Positions 62,901 to 64,000 of a DNA stretch of 64,000 nucleotides are shown one piece after another. The first letter of the stretch is position 1. Each line of letters begins with the position of its first letter. Under the pieces are notes generated by a model that searched no databases, was not told the DNA's origin, and saw only the letters and a program-made list of their open reading frames with translations. A program made the position numbers and the translations under genes. Location: positions 19,902,001 to 19,966,000 of the forward strand of contig NC_135765.1 of NCBI RefSeq assembly GCF_052425735.1. The letters run 5' to 3'. The DNA comes from Oculina patagonica. Taxonomy: Eukaryota.

Positions 62901-64000
62901 AAAATCTGGTCGCCAAAAAGTGTCCGTAAATTCTTTCCTTCATAGTGAAAGTCGAGAGCACAAAGTGTTTAAATACGCTTCTTTGCTTTGGTGGTTCTTC
63001 TGTTTGCAGTAGTCCAGTGTCAGACAAAATATGTTGGTAAGCTAATGGTTGGCTAAACTGAGCCAAGTTTGTTTCTTTTCCCCATAACCTGCTACGGCGT
63101 TAAAACCAGCAAATGTTTTATGTGATTCCTTTTTGTGTCTGACATTGTCCTTTACTGATTCCTTTAGCAGCTGTCACAACAAAACCCTCAGGTGGCGATC
63201 CACTGCCTCCCTATCCATTTAGTAGTTCAGTGCCATGATTCTTTGTTTAAAGGATTTGGTTATCTAAGCATGTTGCTTACATAGACACTTCATCACTTTT
63301 CTGTTGGCAAACATTGCAAGATAAGGACAACAGCTCAGCCCGTGTGGCAGCACCTTGATTTCCACAAAACTGGTCAAGCTGTTCAAGTATCTTTTCCACC
63401 CATGATTCAGGACAGAAACAAACAAGTTTGGTCTTTTCTTCACCTTGAAGCGACTTATGAATCTGCTCCACGATCAATTCATGCAAATAAAGATTTTTTA
63501 AAATTATGCTGTTGACCTCACACAGCCACACATGATGTGCAAGGCTGATTTTAAAGAATGAGAATTGTAGATGGGTAAGGTATTGAACTATCAATGTCTG
63601 CAGAGATGCAGGACTTAAACACACCATTTATTTTTTTCTTCTTACTATCTAGAACACAACTCTCAAAATGAAAAACTGAAAACAAAAGGCTTCTGTTTGA
63701 CAGTATCAAATACTTGACTATCATCTATGTGATCATGAAATCTATTGAGGTGACTTGATAGGGTCTAAGTCCAGTCTGAATTCACTTTGCTACACAGACA
63801 TTGAAATTAATATTGCCTTATTAATTTTTAGCCATTTAAAAAAAAAAAAAATAGCTACTGGTAACCTAAAATTCAGAATCATGGTAATTGGGCATTTTCT
63901 ACTTTAAAGCATAAACAGAGAAGCAAAATGAACAAATGTCTACAGCAGGTGCACATGTATTAGTATTTTCTTAGCACTGTTCAATTCTCTCACCTCCTTT
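23778..64000 (-). CDS. SMC4: Structural maintenance of chromosomes protein 4 (condensin), 3' portion; the 5' exons lie beyond the window end
   Basis: Spliced by hand: 25 full exons total 2436 nt (811 aa + stop) with consistent phases. Hinge motifs [33 protein letters not shown]; signature [13 protein letters not shown]; Walker B/D-loop [11 protein letters not shown]; C-terminus [14 protein letters not shown]. Confidence 0.96.
24626..24730 (-). CDS. SMC4: SMC4 exon ([35 protein letters not shown])
   Basis: ag/gt bounded; Walker B motif. Confidence 0.95.
25800..26165 (+). mobile_element. Crypton-like (tyrosine-recombinase/DUF3504-type) relic with a terminal palindrome
   Basis: Manual translation [26 protein letters not shown] / [11 protein letters not shown]...ALANV.TKF*AGARK.DG, followed by the palindrome 26019-26165. 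Confidence 0.55.
26199..26277 (-). CDS. SMC4: SMC4 exon ([26 protein letters not shown])
   Basis: ag/gt bounded; ABC signature motif. Confidence 0.95.
26553..26883. mobile_element. PIF/Harbinger-type MITE with internal TAACTATAGTTA palindromes
   Basis: TIR GGCTGCGGTCACATCTA; 3-bp TSD ATT. Confidence 0.8.
27120..27196 (-). CDS. SMC4: SMC4 exon ([25 protein letters not shown])
   Basis: ag/gt bounded; SMC4-typical motif. Confidence 0.95.
29120..29275 (-). CDS. SMC4: SMC4 exon (EEAYLARV...RLDEFMAGF...LKEMYQ)
   Basis: ag/gt bounded, phase 0/0. Confidence 0.93.
29801..29878 (-). CDS. SMC4: SMC4 exon ([26 protein letters not shown])
   Basis: ag/gt bounded; conserved PN..AI.EY. Confidence 0.93.
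30419..30532 (-). CDS. SMC4: SMC4 exon (LSKLSLQ...DKETVM)
   Basis: ag/gt bounded, phase 0/0. Confidence 0.88.
30614..30776. mobile_element. hAT-like MITE
   Basis: TIR AAGGCTGTGCTCTAA; flanks TGAACTGT/TGAACTCT. Confidence 0.6.
32327..32500 (-). CDS. SMC4: SMC4 coiled-coil exon (QEMSAMEE...KVKHWQKE)
   Basis: ag/gt bounded, phase 0/0. Confidence 0.9.
32770..33092. mobile_element. MITE with G/C-rich termini
   Basis: TIR CCC.GGGG..GGGGGGACTC.CATATGAAA...GATGCTCGTCG; flanks GTTAACAG/GTTAACAA. Confidence 0.7.
33289..33351 (-). CDS. SMC4: SMC4 exon ([21 protein letters not shown])
   Basis: ag/gt bounded. Confidence 0.88.
33802..33917. repeat. 58-bp tandem duplication
   Basis: AATTGGCGGTT...CACAATGTCTATTACATTGATATAGGATGTATTTGTC occurs twice. 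Confidence 0.8.
34808..35696. mobile_element. Foldback element with ~270-bp TIRs and a 7-bp TSD (P-superfamily/Galileo-like)
   Basis: CAC...GTG termini; GTATCAT at 34801-07 and 35697-703; arms ~34808-35087 and 35430-35696. Confidence 0.82.
35793..35874 (-). CDS. SMC4: SMC4 exon (NTKKAEEN...IQKLE)
   Basis: ag/gt bounded, phase 2/0. Confidence 0.88.
35953..36038 (-). CDS. SMC4: SMC4 exon (DRVDVLTK...[12 protein letters not shown])
   Basis: ag/gt bounded; 78-bp intron follows. Confidence 0.88.
37168..37601. mobile_element. CCGTA-terminated MITE (same family as 3089-3564)
   Basis: Same TIR and TA TSD. Confidence 0.85.
38243..38294 (-). CDS. SMC4: SMC4 exon ([17 protein letters not shown])
   Basis: ag/gt bounded; conserved I.EIGG. 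Confidence 0.9.
40725..40776 (-). CDS. SMC4: SMC4 exon ([16 protein letters not shown])
   Basis: ag/gt bounded, phase 1/2. Confidence 0.85.
41930..42056 (-). CDS. SMC4: SMC4 exon (ALDEQEE...VKTHEK), followed by a GC donor
   Basis: ttag acceptor; AAG|gcaaga donor gives the required phase 1. Confidence 0.85.
42603..43436. mobile_element. CCGTA-terminated non-autonomous Tc1/mariner-like element
   Basis: TIR CGTAGTTATTCGGTTATAAGGCGCAC; TA flanks. Confidence 0.78.
43680..45583 (-). mobile_element. 5'-truncated L1/Tx1-clade LINE with intact residual ORF2 (RT C-terminal part + zf-RVT), poly(A) tail and 14-bp TSD
   Basis: ORF motifs [33 protein letters not shown]...TLRHLFVSC; AATAAA at 43706-11; poly(T) on the + strand at 43680-43700; TSD AACATGAAACTTTT at 43666-79 and 45584-97. 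Confidence 0.92.
46985..47089 (-). CDS. SMC4: SMC4 exon (EHRESKK...NNMEIK)
   Basis: ag/gt bounded, phase 0/0. Confidence 0.87.
47155..47400 (-). mobile_element. 3' end of a CR1/L2-like LINE
   Basis: LWNSLP...AFKSTI C-terminal motif followed by a (TTTAT)n-like tail. Confidence 0.55.
48698..48825 (-). CDS. SMC4: SMC4 exon ([18 protein letters not shown]...)
   Basis: ag/gt bounded; hinge glycine motif. Confidence 0.93.
49030..50346. mobile_element. Non-autonomous DNA transposon with a 4-bp TSD (Sola2-like)
   Basis: ATTT|GGGCAATTCCA...TGGAATTGCCC|ATTT; internal CATGGACGTTAC repeats. Confidence 0.72.
50480..50743. mobile_element. MITE; related copy at ~56265-56535
   Basis: TIR AACTACAACCCAAGACA; internal inverted CCCCCTCCCCC..TCAATGTTG blocks. 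Confidence 0.65.
50847..50901 (-). CDS. SMC4: SMC4 exon ([18 protein letters not shown])
   Basis: ag/gt bounded; hinge motif. Confidence 0.93.
51189..51321 (-). CDS. SMC4: SMC4 exon ([11 protein letters not shown]...ATNIAYQ)
   Basis: ag/gt bounded; hinge motif. Confidence 0.93.
51771..51815 (-). ncRNA. Minimal type-I hammerhead ribozyme motif at the Penelope-like element end
   Basis: - strand: CATTCT-CTGAAGA-A-GACCGC-agaag-GCGATC-GAAA-AT-TT-AGAGTG (stem I, core, stem II, palindromic remnant of stem III). Confidence 0.65.
51771..52440 (-). mobile_element. Penelope-like retroelement 3' fragment (RT thumb + GIY-YIG endonuclease)
   Basis: Frameshifted [19 protein letters not shown]....YVGESKR, HHA...[15 protein letters not shown]. 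Confidence 0.85.
52653..52693 (-). CDS. SMC4: SMC4 small exon ([13 protein letters not shown])
   Basis: gcag acceptor and gtaagt donor; supplies the required phase 0/2. Confidence 0.82.
54361..54859. mobile_element. CCGTA-terminated MITE next to an SMC4 splice donor
   Basis: TA|CCGTAAA.ACCC....TA..CCGCACC / GGTGCGGTATACGGGGTGTTTACGG|TA. Confidence 0.72.
54871..55032 (-). CDS. SMC4: SMC4 exon ([18 protein letters not shown]...ATFIGLDK)
   Basis: ag/gt bounded; hinge motif. Confidence 0.95.
55538..55607 (-). CDS. SMC4: SMC4 exon ([23 protein letters not shown])
   Basis: ag/gt bounded. Confidence 0.92.
57521..57582 (-). CDS. SMC4: SMC4 exon ([20 protein letters not shown])
   Basis: ag/gt bounded. 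Confidence 0.9.
58217..58325 (-). CDS. SMC4: SMC4 exon ([11 protein letters not shown]...KKASDE)
   Basis: ag/gt bounded, phase 2/0. Confidence 0.87.
58652..58811. mobile_element. PIF/Harbinger-type MITE
   Basis: TIR AGG(C/T)CGATTTACA(T/C)GGTA; TTA TSD. Confidence 0.78.
58855..59793. mobile_element. Non-autonomous DNA transposon (Sola2-like ends)
   Basis: ~40-bp TIR GGTT.TTCCAGAAAAAATCCACAC.CCCCGAC.GATGGG; subterminal CCTGGATTTCC repeats. Confidence 0.7.
60203..60324 (-). CDS. SMC4: SMC4 exon ([11 protein letters not shown]...RTHRK)
   Basis: ag/gt bounded; MDVA.SE.D.Y motif. Confidence 0.9.
60591..62537. mobile_element. Adjacent Crypton-like non-autonomous elements
   Basis: Palindrome 60592-60697; - strand [14 protein letters not shown]...AVNIFQ (62195-62300); end 62455-62537 recurs inverted at 50350-50435; 60720-60820 resembles 18210-18760. 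Confidence 0.5.
62565..62621 (-). CDS. SMC4: SMC4 exon ([19 protein letters not shown])
   Basis: ag/gt bounded. Confidence 0.9.
63994..64000 (-). CDS. SMC4: 3' tip of the next upstream SMC4 exon (..KE)
   Basis: AAGGAG|gtgag donor at the window edge; phase 0 fits. Confidence 0.6.

Overview
AT-rich, intron-containing animal genomic DNA, most likely from a stony coral; the taxon is inferred from the gene content and repeat types and is not proven. Two protein-coding genes face each other tail-to-tail. (1) On the + strand, a three-exon SLC4/Band-3 bicarbonate transporter (4746-15646, about 945 aa) whose whole membrane domain lies in one 1.87-kb exon. It resembles the scleractinian calcification-linked SLC4-gamma paralog. 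It has an unusual substrate pocket (TM8 Glu plus TM10 His) and an unresolved 1-nt phase conflict at the exon1/exon2 junction. (2) On the - strand, the 3' part of condensin subunit SMC4: 25 complete exons plus 1 partial exon (23778-64000, 811 aa from the complete exons), all phases consistent, with one GC-AG intron. Introns and the intergenic region are full of mobile DNA: a decayed BEL/Pao retrotransposon, a young 5'-truncated L1/Tx1-like LINE with TSD and poly(A), a Penelope-like fragment with a minimal hammerhead ribozyme, an Academ-like transposase relic, Crypton-like palindromic elements, a long-TIR foldback element, a ~145-bp tandem array, and many MITEs with readable TIRs and TSDs. One assembly gap (1548-1700). 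No CRISPR, rRNA or tRNA genes were found.
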